A stretch of 64,000 nucleotides of DNA, taken from sequence record MG655269.1; one strand, 5' to 3'. Shown piece by piece: positions 1 through 8,840 of this stretch (positions are counted from its first letter, which is position 1; the number at the start of each line of letters is the position of its first letter). Below the pieces are notes generated by a model, which searched no databases, had not been told where the DNA came from, and saw only the letters and a list, made by a program, of their open reading frames with translations. Made by a program: the position numbers and the translations under genes.

Positions 1-2
1 CT

Positions 3-1373
3 AACGACTATGACCTCTCGATCGAAGCTGACCGACAAGCCCTGAATAACCATCTGCGGGTGAGTTATGATACGGACATGTTCAGTGTCAAGCCGAAGTG
101 TCAGTGTGGACATACCAGCGGTGGTGATAAAGTTGGAAAGCTGTGTGTAAAGTGCGGCACGAAGGTCACCACTGTAACCGAAGAAGAGATTGAGTCTCAG
201 CTCTGGTTACGCAAGCCTGAAGGTGTAAAGGGCTTCATTAACCCACAGTTATGGTTATTGTTCTTTGAACCGTTTAATGTCAAAGGGTTCAATCCAATGG
301 AGTGGTTTGCAGACCGTTCCTATACTCCAGCCAAGGGGGGTATGGATTACAAGAACAAAGATGTGTACAAAGTCTGCGCGGACATGGGTATCGAACGAGG
401 CATAAACTCCTTGTACGATAACTTTGACGCTATCGTAACAAACCTACTTAACTCTCCGGTCGTGCGTGATCAGGTCACGTCACAAGAAGTGCTGCGTCAA
501 CGTTCTGATTTGTTTATTAAATACCGTGATCGTTTCTTCTGTGAACACTTACCGATGCCCTCCAAGCTGATGTTTGTGGTGGAGTCCAATGCAACCGGTC
601 GCTATGCTGCTCCTGAGATGAAACTGGCTCTGGATGCAGCGTTAACCGTCTGTTCAGCAAAACGCCAACTGCATACGGTGCGGGATGTGCGCTTTAATGA
701 AAGCATTGCGATTAAAGTGGTCCGTCAGATCTCGAAGTTCTATGCGACACATGACAGTGACAACTTTGCGGGTAAGTTAGGGTTACTGCGTAAGAACATT
801 GCTGGGGCAAAACATCCGTGGACCGGTCGTTGTGTGATTACCTCGCACACGGGTGATCATGACATGGATGAAGTGATCCTGCCACGTTGTTTGGCGATCC
901 CGATGTTGAAATACCACATCATCAACAAACTGCGTCGTCGGAACTACACCCCAACACAATGCCTCAAACTGATCCAGGCGGGTATTAAACAAACCATCCC
1001 AGTGATCGATGAGGTGTTAGATGAACTCCTCGCAGAAAGCCCTACAGCGTCGATACGGGTATATGTGCAACGAAACCCAACCCTGCGTTGGTTATCGAAC
1101 CGCCGGTTCCATTGCCGAACCATCAACCGTGATCCAAATGACATCAGTATCCGTATCAGTACCTTATCTATCAAATCCTCGAATGCGGACTTTGATGGTG
1201 ATGAACTGAACGTGATGTTACAGCTGGATAACGTCTCAGCGAACTATGCGGAAGCGTTCGGTTCACACAACTGTGTGCTAGACATGAACACTCCGCTGAA
1301 GATCTCTGGTGACGTGGGTCTGCCGGGTACGTTGATCTCGACCATGAACCGTTGGATGTACAGTAACGACTAA
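3..1373 (+). CDS. rpoC: Non-virion RNA polymerase beta' N-terminal/catalytic subunit (phiKZ gp55-like), 5'-truncated by the window edge
   Basis: NADFDGDELNV catalytic motif, QRNPTL and GRCVIT beta' motifs, Zn-finger CQCG..C..C. The frame is open from position 3 to the listed GTG at 60, so the gene starts outside the window. Confidence 0.93.
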   Translation, partial: NDYDLSIEADRQALNNHLRVSYDTDMFSVKPKCQCGHTSGGDKVGKLCVKCGTKVTTVTEEEIESQLWLRKPEGVKGFINPQLWLLFFEPFNVKGFNPMEWFADRSYTPAKGGMDYKNKDVYKVCADMGIERGINSLYDNFDAIVTNLLNSPVVRDQVTSQEVLRQRSDLFIKYRDRFFCEHLPMPSKLMFVVESNATGRYAAPEMKLALDAALTVCSAKRQLHTVRDVRFNESIAIKVVRQISKFYATHDSDNFAGKLGLLRKNIAGAKHPWTGRCVITSHTGDHDMDEVILPRCLAIPMLKYHIINKLRRRNYTPTQCLKLIQAGIKQTIPVIDEVLDELLAESPTASIRVYVQRNPTLRWLSNRRFHCRTINRDPNDISIRISTLSIKSSNADFDGDELNVMLQLDNVSANYAEAFGSHNCVLDMNTPLKISGDVGLPGTLISTMNRWMYSND

Positions 1374-1379
1374 ACTTAT

Positions 1380-1410
1380 GGCCAGGGGTAATTCCCTGGC
1401 CTTATTACCG
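1380..1410 (+). terminator. Hairpin GGCCAGGG-GTAATT-CCCTGGCC followed by TTATTACCG
   Basis: Perfect 8-bp stem immediately after the beta' stop codon; variant of the recurrent hairpin+TTATG element. Confidence 0.7.
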
Positions 1411-1424
1411 ACGGGATATTTTTT

Positions 1425-2072
1425 ATGGATAATTTGCTTGAAAGGGGACGGTTTCTTCTTGAGAACACTGCAGCCGCCATGAACCCTTATCCTTACACGA
1501 TCATTTTCGTCACCACCCCAATGGATTGGGATGCCGTGGTCACTGCCATGCATGCTAACGATCCTGCAGCAAACATCATTAAACATAAAGGACAGTTCAC
1601 GACCCGGCGCGATTACCAATATGTCATTTATCGAGATGAACATTGGTATATCGCTGGTGCGAATATGAGAAGCCTGCCTTACAACCATTACCATACCGGT
1701 GCGATGCTCGGCATTGCCATGGACCTGGGGCATGAAATCATTATCGATATCAGCAATCGCATCGGGAATGATGCGACTGCAGCTCCGGCGATAACGGCGA
1801 TCATGCACGATTGGTTTATGGTCAACTGGCGCGAAGCTGTATGCGTGACCCATGAGAACTACCTGGCATTTATTCCGGACGATGATTACTTGTACTTGAG
1901 TAACAACAAAAAAATACTCAGGCAAGTGATTCGCGCACAAGAACAACTGGGATCGCCCTTGGCATTGACGTCGGCGTTACAGCGTGAGTGTCAGCGCCTG
2001 ATGAACACCCAGGTGATGATCGAGCCCACTGGTTGGAACGCCACTACGTACTACAGCGGAGGTGAGGTATGA
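1425..2072 (+). CDS. Hypothetical protein, degenerate member of a tandem HExxH paralog family
   Basis: Shares IIFVT..DWDAVV, KHKGQF and C-terminal TGWNATTYY with the next two ORFs, but lacks an intact HExxH. Confidence 0.7.
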   Translation: MDNLLERGRFLLENTAAAMNPYPYTIIFVTTPMDWDAVVTAMHANDPAANIIKHKGQFTTRRDYQYVIYRDEHWYIAGANMRSLPYNHYHTGAMLGIAMDLGHEIIIDISNRIGNDATAAPAITAIMHDWFMVNWREAVCVTHENYLAFIPDDDYLYLSNNKKILRQVIRAQEQLGSPLALTSALQRECQRLMNTQVMIEPTGWNATTYYSGGEV

Positions 2073-2740
2073 CGTTTGCTGAAGCTGAACAGTATATTTA
2101 CAGTCTCAGTCAAGACGGCGGGGTCTATAAACAAGAGTTCATCTTTGTGTTTGATCCCGAGTCGTGGGATAAGGTGAACCTAGCGCTGGATATCCTGGAC
2201 AATAACCGTGGGATCTGGGTGAAGAACGTCGGAGAGTTCAAAACCGCTGGTATGACGACCTACGGACCGGTGTCGGGAAGGCTTAAAGGGTATGTTGTTA
2301 TTGCTGTCCATTTCATGGGCGAACGTAAACTGTTCAATCCAGGGTATCTGCAGCATGTGTTGAATACCGCGACCCATGAGTTGGTCCACGCTGCTCAGTT
2401 CGCTGTTCGGGCGCAGAGCTACCATGATCCATTGATTGCTGTAGAGCCATTGGCTTACCTGACCGGCTGGCTAATGGAGAAATGGATCTATGCGGTCTGG
2501 GAGAAGTTTAAAATCACGATTGCAACAACACCCACCGGCGAGATCTCATACAACGTGTTGTTTGACATGCTGTATCGGTTTAATGACCGCCGGCTGGCAG
2601 ATCGTCTGTGTGAGCTCACCATGACACAGATTCAGAGTGCTTTAGTTAGGGAGTCGATTAACAGTCTGAATAACGTGGCAGTGGTAAACGATATCGGTTG
2701 GTCCTCGACAACGTATCTGGATGGAGTTAACAAGAAATGA
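2069..2740 (+). CDS. Putative zinc metallopeptidase-like protein (HELVH...EP.AY)
   Basis: THELVHAAQ motif plus downstream EPLAYL; 4-nt overlap with neighbours (translational coupling). Confidence 0.65.
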   Translation: MTFAEAEQYIYSLSQDGGVYKQEFIFVFDPESWDKVNLALDILDNNRGIWVKNVGEFKTAGMTTYGPVSGRLKGYVVIAVHFMGERKLFNPGYLQHVLNTATHELVHAAQFAVRAQSYHDPLIAVEPLAYLTGWLMEKWIYAVWEKFKITIATTPTGEISYNVLFDMLYRFNDRRLADRLCELTMTQIQSALVRESINSLNNVAVVNDIGWSSTTYLDGVNKK

Positions 2741-3363
2741 AGATGCCGGTCAGTCAGTATGTAGATAAGTTTCTATTAAGGCTGTTCCCTTATCCGCGGC
2801 AGTTTATCTTTGTCACCAGTGTTGCGGATTTTGATGCGGTGGTTACCGAACTGGCACGTCGGCAGACTGCGGCTGGGATTAGCAATAAATGGCTGAGTCA
2901 CAGAGGGCATTTCAAAGGGAATGGGATTTGTGCTTCGGGGAATCAGATCTGTGTATTAGGTGCGCTTTATGATACCGGCACGCAGATCAGTCCGGCTAAC
3001 ATCGCCGGGACGATCGGTACCATGCAGCATGAAATCCAACACATGTTACTGCATACCTGTGCACAGATTGGTTATAACCCGATGCGCGAACACGAACCGT
3101 TTACGTATTTAACGAAGTGGGTGTTTGAGTTGTTCCTGGCGTTTATGCGTAATTACCACGGCGTGATGATCACCGATGTGCAGCGGCAAGATACTGGTAT
3201 GCTGAGTCGGTTGCAGAAGGGAGGGGCTTTTGAGTTACTGCACGCCCTGCCCGTTGAAAATGTTCGAGATTCATTAGCAAGAGAATCTCGTGCATTATTA
3301 AACAACGCGGTGGTCGTCAGTCCTATTGGTGCATCCCGTTCCACAACCTATTTCGAATTATAA
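2737..3363 (+). CDS. Putative zinc metallopeptidase-like protein (HEIQH...EP.TY), paralog of the preceding genes
   Basis: QHEIQHML plus EPFTYL; C-terminal IGASRSTTYF matches the paralogs. Confidence 0.65.
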   Translation: MKMPVSQYVDKFLLRLFPYPRQFIFVTSVADFDAVVTELARRQTAAGISNKWLSHRGHFKGNGICASGNQICVLGALYDTGTQISPANIAGTIGTMQHEIQHMLLHTCAQIGYNPMREHEPFTYLTKWVFELFLAFMRNYHGVMITDVQRQDTGMLSRLQKGGAFELLHALPVENVRDSLARESRALLNNAVVVSPIGASRSTTYFEL

Positions 3364-3369
3364 TTAACC

Positions 3370-3395
3370 CGACCAGGGAAACCTGGTCGTTATGC
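3370..3395 (+). terminator. Hairpin CGACCAGG-GAAA-CCTGGTCG followed by TTATGC
   Basis: Perfect 8-bp stem with GAAA tetraloop after the paralog triad. Confidence 0.75.
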
Positions 3396-3412
3396 TAATT
3401 AAGGAGGTAAGT

Positions 3413-4114
3413 ATGGGTATGTATACCGGCGTCTCATTTCGTTTGAAGGTCAGAAAAAATGCACCCTTGCCGGTGTTAGAGTTCATGGATAAGTTCTTCA
3501 TGGAAGGTGAAACACTGCAAGCAGTGAAAGACCTACAGAAAGAAACGGGTATCCAGTTCCAGTCCACAGCCATTGCATTACCGGGTGATCAGTTTCATTA
3601 CAGTGAAATTGCCGATATGGTCATGATGGTTCGCGGGCACTCTTCCAGTTTTGAAAGCTGGTACTGGCGTGTTAAAGAAGATAAGGGCGATTACTGGTTG
3701 TATGAAACCCGCGCCAATACCAAACGCCCTCACCATGACCTGGCCGCCAACCTTATCCAGGCATTATTACCATGTCTGGTTATCGAAGAAGGTGAGGTGG
3801 TGCTGCGCTCCATTTATGAAGACAGCGCCCAAGAACGCGTTCTGGCATTGGTAAATGGCAAGATTATTGAGGAACGTGGTTATGAGTACGAGGATGAATA
3901 CAATAGCCCGTGGAATGAAAAGGCGCCGATAGATTATGTCAAGGGTGATTTTGGTGCAATTGCACATATCCGCATCACCGAGGAAGAAGAGTTCACACCA
4001 CCTTGGACCTTACAGGAACTGCGGGCCGGTGAAGAAAAAGCACGGTTAGAGAAAGAAGCCGAGCACGAACGGATACGGGCAGAGGGCGGTGGTTTCGGTT
4101 TCGGTGGTTGGTAG
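3413..4114 (+). CDS. Conserved phage hypothetical protein
   Basis: Strong SD AAGGAGG before ATG 3413; MGMYT start typical of a widespread phage family (recall). Confidence 0.75.
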   Translation: MGMYTGVSFRLKVRKNAPLPVLEFMDKFFMEGETLQAVKDLQKETGIQFQSTAIALPGDQFHYSEIADMVMMVRGHSSSFESWYWRVKEDKGDYWLYETRANTKRPHHDLAANLIQALLPCLVIEEGEVVLRSIYEDSAQERVLALVNGKIIEERGYEYEDEYNSPWNEKAPIDYVKGDFGAIAHIRITEEEEFTPPWTLQELRAGEEKARLEKEAEHERIRAEGGGFGFGGW

Positions 4115-4142
4115 TTTTAATTAATTTAACCTGAGGTGCATT

Positions 4143-5171
4143 ATGAAACGTTTGGACGAACCAGAATTCTTGAAAGGTGAACTTAAGAATATCACCTATG
4201 TGGCCGGCACTAAAAAGATCGGCTGGCTTGATAAACTCAATCGTGCACTAACTGAAAATAAAGGGAAGGTAACGCCGTATAAGTTTTTGCGGGCCCGCGA
4301 TCTACACGATGCGTTTAAAGACGCGAAATTCAGTACCAAAGAACAGAGTGAATTTCATAAACTGGTCTCTGATCCGGTGCAGGGAGACTTTTGGGTATCA
4401 AGTATGTTGATGCTGTGGTTATGGTCAATCAACCGCGTGGTGTACCGCCTTCCCGTTGAATTGTTTGCAGCCGCTAACCAGAATTATGATGTGGGTAACG
4501 TTCCTATCGAAACCCTTACCCGTATGCCGCAGTGGACTACGTGTATCGCAATGGACTGGGAAGGCATTGCAATAGATAAAGACGGGCATTGTCAGCGCGG
4601 TCTCTTTTACAGTCTACAAATGCTCAACGGGAAAGAGTATCTGCAGATAGAGTTGTATGTCACGTTCCATCGCAGTGAATCAGGCACTGTTAAGTTTGGG
4701 TCGTATACCCTGCTTATTGATACTTCCAAGACAAATGTCAGAGAAGGTATGGAGCAGGCACTGATTGATATCCCCAAATATCAAAACATGGGGATGTCTT
4801 CAAGTGTTCGTATCGGGCTTGATGAATCTGAAGATATGCTTAGCGATATTATCACTGCGATCTCGCTGGTTAACGGTGAACACCGAAAATCAGAACTGGG
4901 CAAGACGGATATCAAATGGCCAGGCTACCAAATTCAAGGTACGTCAGGCTACAAGATCCGCCCGCGTTTGAAAGCAGTAGAGTTCATGGTGGGTGAAGAA
5001 TACGTTCCACAGTTACGTGCGGCTGGCATCTCTAACGAGCGTTCACAACGTAAGAGTCATATTCGTTGTGGTCACTGGCACACGTACTGGTTAGGTCCTC
5101 GTAGCGGTCCACGTACGCAAGAGCGGTACTGGCTAATGCCAATTGTTGTTTCTGGTAAAGCACCAGAATAA
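4143..5171 (+). CDS. acrVA2: AcrVA2/FinQ-family protein
   Basis: C-terminal SHIRCGHWHTYWLG...W.MPIVVSG matches the AcrVA2 HIRRGHWHGYWQG...WQPAVFVNSG motif; W...VYRL and P...L.RMPQW motifs present; 342 aa; SD GAGG. Confidence 0.8.
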   Translation: MKRLDEPEFLKGELKNITYVAGTKKIGWLDKLNRALTENKGKVTPYKFLRARDLHDAFKDAKFSTKEQSEFHKLVSDPVQGDFWVSSMLMLWLWSINRVVYRLPVELFAAANQNYDVGNVPIETLTRMPQWTTCIAMDWEGIAIDKDGHCQRGLFYSLQMLNGKEYLQIELYVTFHRSESGTVKFGSYTLLIDTSKTNVREGMEQALIDIPKYQNMGMSSSVRIGLDESEDMLSDIITAISLVNGEHRKSELGKTDIKWPGYQIQGTSGYKIRPRLKAVEFMVGEEYVPQLRAAGISNERSQRKSHIRCGHWHTYWLGPRSGPRTQERYWLMPIVVSGKAPE

Positions 5172-5194
5172 TCCAATTTAAATAAGGGTAGTTT

Positions 5195-5896
5195 ATGAAC
5201 GGTATGAAGATGATGATTGGTTCCCTGCCACTGAGCAGCATGATGGGTGGTAGTCGTTCAGACGCGGGGACTTTCAATCCTGCAGCGCACGCTGCCCCTT
5301 TCCGTGCAGTTGGCGAGTACATCGCGGATGCAGCGTTTGAAGATCGTGGGGTATTGGTTTCTGCAGACGGGATCGTTGCTACTGTGCGAGCCAAAAAGGT
5401 GACCTTCCAGGAAGCCGCAGATGCCCGCGGTGCAGCCACTGGACTGTATGCCATTATGTTCCCAGTCACTAACGGGGCGAAAGACGATACTGTCGTGATC
5501 ACCACTACCAGTCAGGCTGTGTTGTTTAACTTACTGGCAGTTGAAGATCTCCCTGATGAACTGTTTGTGCAGTTTGGCCTGGCAACGAATGCCGCGACGG
5601 TGAAAGCCATGACCAATGACAACAACGACCATATCCGGGTACTGGCCAATGCCGGCGGTATCGCCCCAAGCAATACTTCTCCGTCCCATTTGATTGTGGA
5701 CAAGCAGCGCAATCTGATCATTGGTCATATTGTAAAAGAAGGTGATGATCAAGCAGACTTCAGTATCTTCGCCGCCTCACGTAAATCCAAATCATCACAG
5801 GACTACATTATCAACGTGAGTACCGATGATAGTGATATCATCAAGCATATCGTCCAAGCTACAGTGGAAGAGATTGCACTGGGAGACGCGGTCTAG
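5195..5896 (+). CDS. Hypothetical protein
   Basis: 233-aa ORF in operon orientation with phage-like codon use. Confidence 0.7.
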   Translation: MNGMKMMIGSLPLSSMMGGSRSDAGTFNPAAHAAPFRAVGEYIADAAFEDRGVLVSADGIVATVRAKKVTFQEAADARGAATGLYAIMFPVTNGAKDDTVVITTTSQAVLFNLLAVEDLPDELFVQFGLATNAATVKAMTNDNNDHIRVLANAGGIAPSNTSPSHLIVDKQRNLIIGHIVKEGDDQADFSIFAASRKSKSSQDYIINVSTDDSDIIKHIVQATVEEIALGDAV

Positions 5897-5953
5897 TCTG
5901 TAATTGCAGACAAAACCGGCGGATGATATAGCACCAGAAATTAAGAGGTAACT

Positions 5954-6766
5954 ATGGTGGTAAGAGGTCAAGGCGGTATTGAGAAGGGACACAAATACGG
6001 TCGTCTTACTGCCGTACGTTTTATAGGTAAAAATAAAAATTACATGGCTAACTGGGAGTGGTTATGTGATTGCGGTAAGACTATTCAGGTCTATGCCGGG
6101 GATGTTAAATGCGGGCACACTACATCTTGCGGGTGTTATGTTAGAGAAATGATGGCTGATAAACAAACCACTCATGGCTTAAGCAAGACTCGGGAATACA
6201 AGATATGGGCAGGGATGATAAAACGCTGCACGAATGCTAATGTCGAAAACTATCACCTGTACGGCGGTAGGGGTATTAAGGTTTGTGAGAAGTGGGCTTC
6301 TTCATTTGAAGAGTTTCATAAGGACATGGGTTTTGCACCGAGCAAACAACACAGCATCGAGCGTATCGATGGTGATGGTAATTACGAACCTGGTAATTGT
6401 AAGTGGGCAACGAGTGCAGAACAAAGTGCTAACCGTAATAATAACCGCTGGGTTGAATATAAAGGCGAGCAGAGATTACTCTGTCATGTTGTCGCTGAAA
6501 TAGATACCCATGCAACAACTGTTTATTATTGGACGGATAAGGGGCTCACGGCTGATGAAATAGAAACCGTTGTAAACAGCACCCTTAAGAAAGGATTCAG
6601 GTTCTATGCACCTAGTGTAACTCATGTTGTCCTAAAGGCAACTGATTCATTAGCAGCAGTAATGGGAAAAGACTTTCATGTTGTTGTGAACAGCAGTCAT
6701 GATCAACACGGTAACGTAGTGTCTAAAGTCGTTCACGGGCATGTCAGGAAAATTAACCAGGAGTAG
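5954..6766 (+). CDS. HNH-family homing endonuclease (free-standing)
   Basis: YGRLT...CDCG...SCGC, HG..KTREY.IW..M..RC...YGGRGI.VC..W, SIERIDGDGNYEPGNCKWAT; relatively AT-rich. Confidence 0.88.
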   Translation: MVVRGQGGIEKGHKYGRLTAVRFIGKNKNYMANWEWLCDCGKTIQVYAGDVKCGHTTSCGCYVREMMADKQTTHGLSKTREYKIWAGMIKRCTNANVENYHLYGGRGIKVCEKWASSFEEFHKDMGFAPSKQHSIERIDGDGNYEPGNCKWATSAEQSANRNNNRWVEYKGEQRLLCHVVAEIDTHATTVYYWTDKGLTADEIETVVNSTLKKGFRFYAPSVTHVVLKATDSLAAVMGKDFHVVVNSSHDQHGNVVSKVVHGHVRKINQE

Positions 6767-6770
6767 AGTA

Positions 6771-7418
6771 ATGAGTGTAATGACCGGTGGATTTGGTGCT
6801 ATTAACGCGTTAATGTCGAACGGCAGACCGACGCAAGGAGCACTTGAGTATTTTAACAATCAGTATCAGGGCATGCTGCAAGCAGCGCAGCAGGTGGGTA
6901 GTGTAGCGATGCAGCAGATCTATCAGATCGCAACACACACCTATGAAAACCTGATGCAGACCCGTCCGTGGGAACTGGCAGAAGCAGCGTTGCGTCAAAC
7001 AGTGCACATGTTTGACCCGAACACGGTTCGTCAGCTTCTCAACCTGGCTGATATGCAAACCGCCAAACCGATCATGCAGCGGTGGGTGATGGCGCAACCG
7101 GATATCCGTCAGATGTATCATCAGCAGCGTATCGATGGTTACAGCGAAACGTATGAAGATGCCCAACCAGGGATGGTAGGTGCAGACCATTATGATTATC
7201 GTCGTGCAGCAAACGGCATGTTGCAGTTTGCACACACTGAAGAGGTGCCGATGGCGTCTTGGCAGGCGACGACCTATTATGAGCGTCTGGTAGAAGGTGA
7301 TAACGAACTGTCGTTCCATGAGAAGCGTGACATCCATGTAACCTGGGATGCGTGTCTGAATCTGATGAACACACAGGCGTATGATCCGACCTCCATCTTC
7401 AACATGAAGCTGGCGTAA
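6771..7418 (+). CDS. Conserved Chimalliviridae core protein (possibly phiKZ gp59/Imp3-like by position)
   Basis: MQRWVMAQP.IR.MY..QRIDGYSETY...HYDYRR motif recalled from phiKZ-like phages; SD GGAG before ATG 6771. Confidence 0.6.
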   Translation: MSVMTGGFGAINALMSNGRPTQGALEYFNNQYQGMLQAAQQVGSVAMQQIYQIATHTYENLMQTRPWELAEAALRQTVHMFDPNTVRQLLNLADMQTAKPIMQRWVMAQPDIRQMYHQQRIDGYSETYEDAQPGMVGADHYDYRRAANGMLQFAHTEEVPMASWQATTYYERLVEGDNELSFHEKRDIHVTWDACLNLMNTQAYDPTSIFNMKLA

Positions 7419-7426
7419 GTTAATCG

Positions 7427-7454
7427 GAGGAGGGGCAGCCCTCCTCTTATGCCG
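7427..7454 (+). terminator. Hairpin GAGGAGGG-GCAG-CCCTCCTC followed by TTATGCCG
   Basis: Perfect 8-bp stem after the 7418 stop; full consensus tail. Confidence 0.75.
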
Positions 7455-7487
7455 TTTGGGGGTAGCATGGCAAAAAAGGAACTCACG

Positions 7488-7691
7488 ATGAAGCGACTTC
7501 AGATAGACATCTCTGAACAGGGCTTTAGCAAACTCAATGCACTCAAGGTGAAAATGGAAACCACTGCCATGGGTAGCGTTGTCAGCCGCGCCTTATCGAT
7601 TACCGATCGTTTGTTCACCGCCAAGGAGAAAGGCAGTAAGATCCTGATCGTGGATAAAGATGGTAATGTCACCGAAATCGAATTACTGTAG
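7488..7691 (+). CDS. Ribbon-helix-helix (CopG-like) small DNA-binding protein
   Basis: KRLQIDIS beta-strand followed by two helices (LNALK, VVSRAL); AAGGA SD before ATG 7488 (alternative start 7467). Confidence 0.6.
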   Translation: MKRLQIDISEQGFSKLNALKVKMETTAMGSVVSRALSITDRLFTAKEKGSKILIVDKDGNVTEIELL

Positions 7692-7699
7692 AGGTTAAC

Positions 7700-7927
7700 A
7701 TGGCTTGGTCCAAACGCCGTGCAAAGAAACGCATCATTCACTTACGTGGTTTTCATTATCGTGTTCAATCACGTAGTATCGCAATCTGGGAACAGTATCG
7801 CGAATATCATCAAAATCGACCATTTGGATCTGGCGTTGGTTTATTGATGTTACTTGACCCTGAAACTGGTTGTCCAATAGGAGCTCATCGTGGCCTTAAG
7901 CAAAACAAAAATAAAGCGTCGTACTAA
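7700..7927 (+). CDS. Small basic hypothetical protein
   Basis: SD GAGG; K/R-rich N-terminus MAWSKRRAKKR. Confidence 0.6.
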   Translation: MAWSKRRAKKRIIHLRGFHYRVQSRSIAIWEQYREYHQNRPFGSGVGLLMLLDPETGCPIGAHRGLKQNKNKASY

Positions 7928-8174
7928 TGCGCTGTATAACTACAAAACGCTGGTTGAACGCATTAGCTATAAATGCATGATAGCCCACATCGATGCTCAG
8001 GGTATCAAGCTTGAATTGAACCGCACGGGTTCGTCAATTAAAAGTGAAGACATTCCTGCTGCAAAAGAAGCCCGTCTTGCATTGAAACGCGAAATCGTCC
8101 GTCTGCGGAATATCCAGGGGCGTCGTCGTATCGTGAATGCCGGTAAGATCAAAGCGGCAATCAGCCAGTATTAA
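7890..8174 (+). CDS. Small basic hypothetical protein
   Basis: GTG start with GGAG SD; overlaps the previous ORF by 38 nt; similar N-terminus MALSKTKIKRR. Confidence 0.6.
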   Translation: MALSKTKIKRRTNALYNYKTLVERISYKCMIAHIDAQGIKLELNRTGSSIKSEDIPAAKEARLALKREIVRLRNIQGRRRIVNAGKIKAAISQY

Positions 8175-8177
8175 TAG

Positions 8178-8207
8178 AAGGGACTTCGGTCCCTTTATTT
8201 TTTTTTG
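8178..8207 (+). terminator. Intrinsic terminator AAGGGAC-TTCG-GTCCCTT with T-tract
   Basis: UUCG tetraloop and long T run. Confidence 0.9.
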
Positions 8208-8234
8208 TCTTGAATAATGAAATTTTTACGCTGT

Positions 8235-8267
8235 AGAAAATCTTAGACCTATATAACGGCACTGATA
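8235..8267 (+). promoter_or_regulatory. Putative early (virion RNAP) promoter AGAAAATCTTAGACCTATAT-N8-TGATA
   Basis: Near-identical copies at 8841 and 31160; TATAT core resembles the phiKZ early consensus TATATTAC. Confidence 0.75.
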
Positions 8268-8297
8268 GAGTAATCTAAATTAACTTACGAGGTTATC

Positions 8298-8828
8298 ATG
8301 AAAAACACTACTTTTCTAATTGAGACCCTGAAACGTACCTTGGAAGAGCTGGACCAGGCAACGTTATCAACTGAAGAAAAAATTGAATTAACCACCATGG
8401 TTGAGAAAGAACATTTTGCTAAGCTGTTCGGTGTCCGCGCAGAAGAAACCACTCAGTTAAGTGAGCGCGATTTCTCTAAACTGACCGGTTATCAGTACAA
8501 CAGTGTTTACGCGGGGTTAGATTTGGTTGGTAATTTTGACTGGGTGATCACGGCGGATGGCGCAGTCGTAACAAGAGAAATGCCTCATCACGGCAGTAAC
8601 CATTGGTTGCCACCGCACAGGCAATTTATATTCAGACTGATCGATGAAGGTCGTGAAATATTTAATGAAGGCACTAGACTGCTTGTTATCAGAATTGAGA
8701 ACACCATCACCAAAGAGGTCTTTTCAATTAACTTTGAAGTTGCTGATATTCAAATCGGCAGTGCGGTTGTTAAAATGGTTGAGCGTTATCTGTTCGATTA
8801 TTACAGGGTCAGCGTCAAGAAACTGTAA
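8298..8828 (+). CDS. Hypothetical protein (putative early gene)
   Basis: SD GAGG; directly downstream of the promoter motif. Confidence 0.75.
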   Translation: MKNTTFLIETLKRTLEELDQATLSTEEKIELTTMVEKEHFAKLFGVRAEETTQLSERDFSKLTGYQYNSVYAGLDLVGNFDWVITADGAVVTREMPHHGSNHWLPPHRQFIFRLIDEGREIFNEGTRLLVIRIENTITKEVFSINFEVADIQIGSAVVKMVERYLFDYYRVSVKKL

Positions 8829-8840
8829 AATATGAGTTGC

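Noticed and set aside
1278-1946. 222-aa minus-strand ORF
   Set aside because: Fully overlaps plus-strand genes that have paralog-supported sequence; no motif.
7700-8174. Overlap of 7700-7927 and 7890-8174 as a possible frameshift or pseudogene
   Set aside because: The second ORF has its own GGAG SD and GTG start with a similar N-terminus, and no slippery heptamer is evident; treated as two genes.
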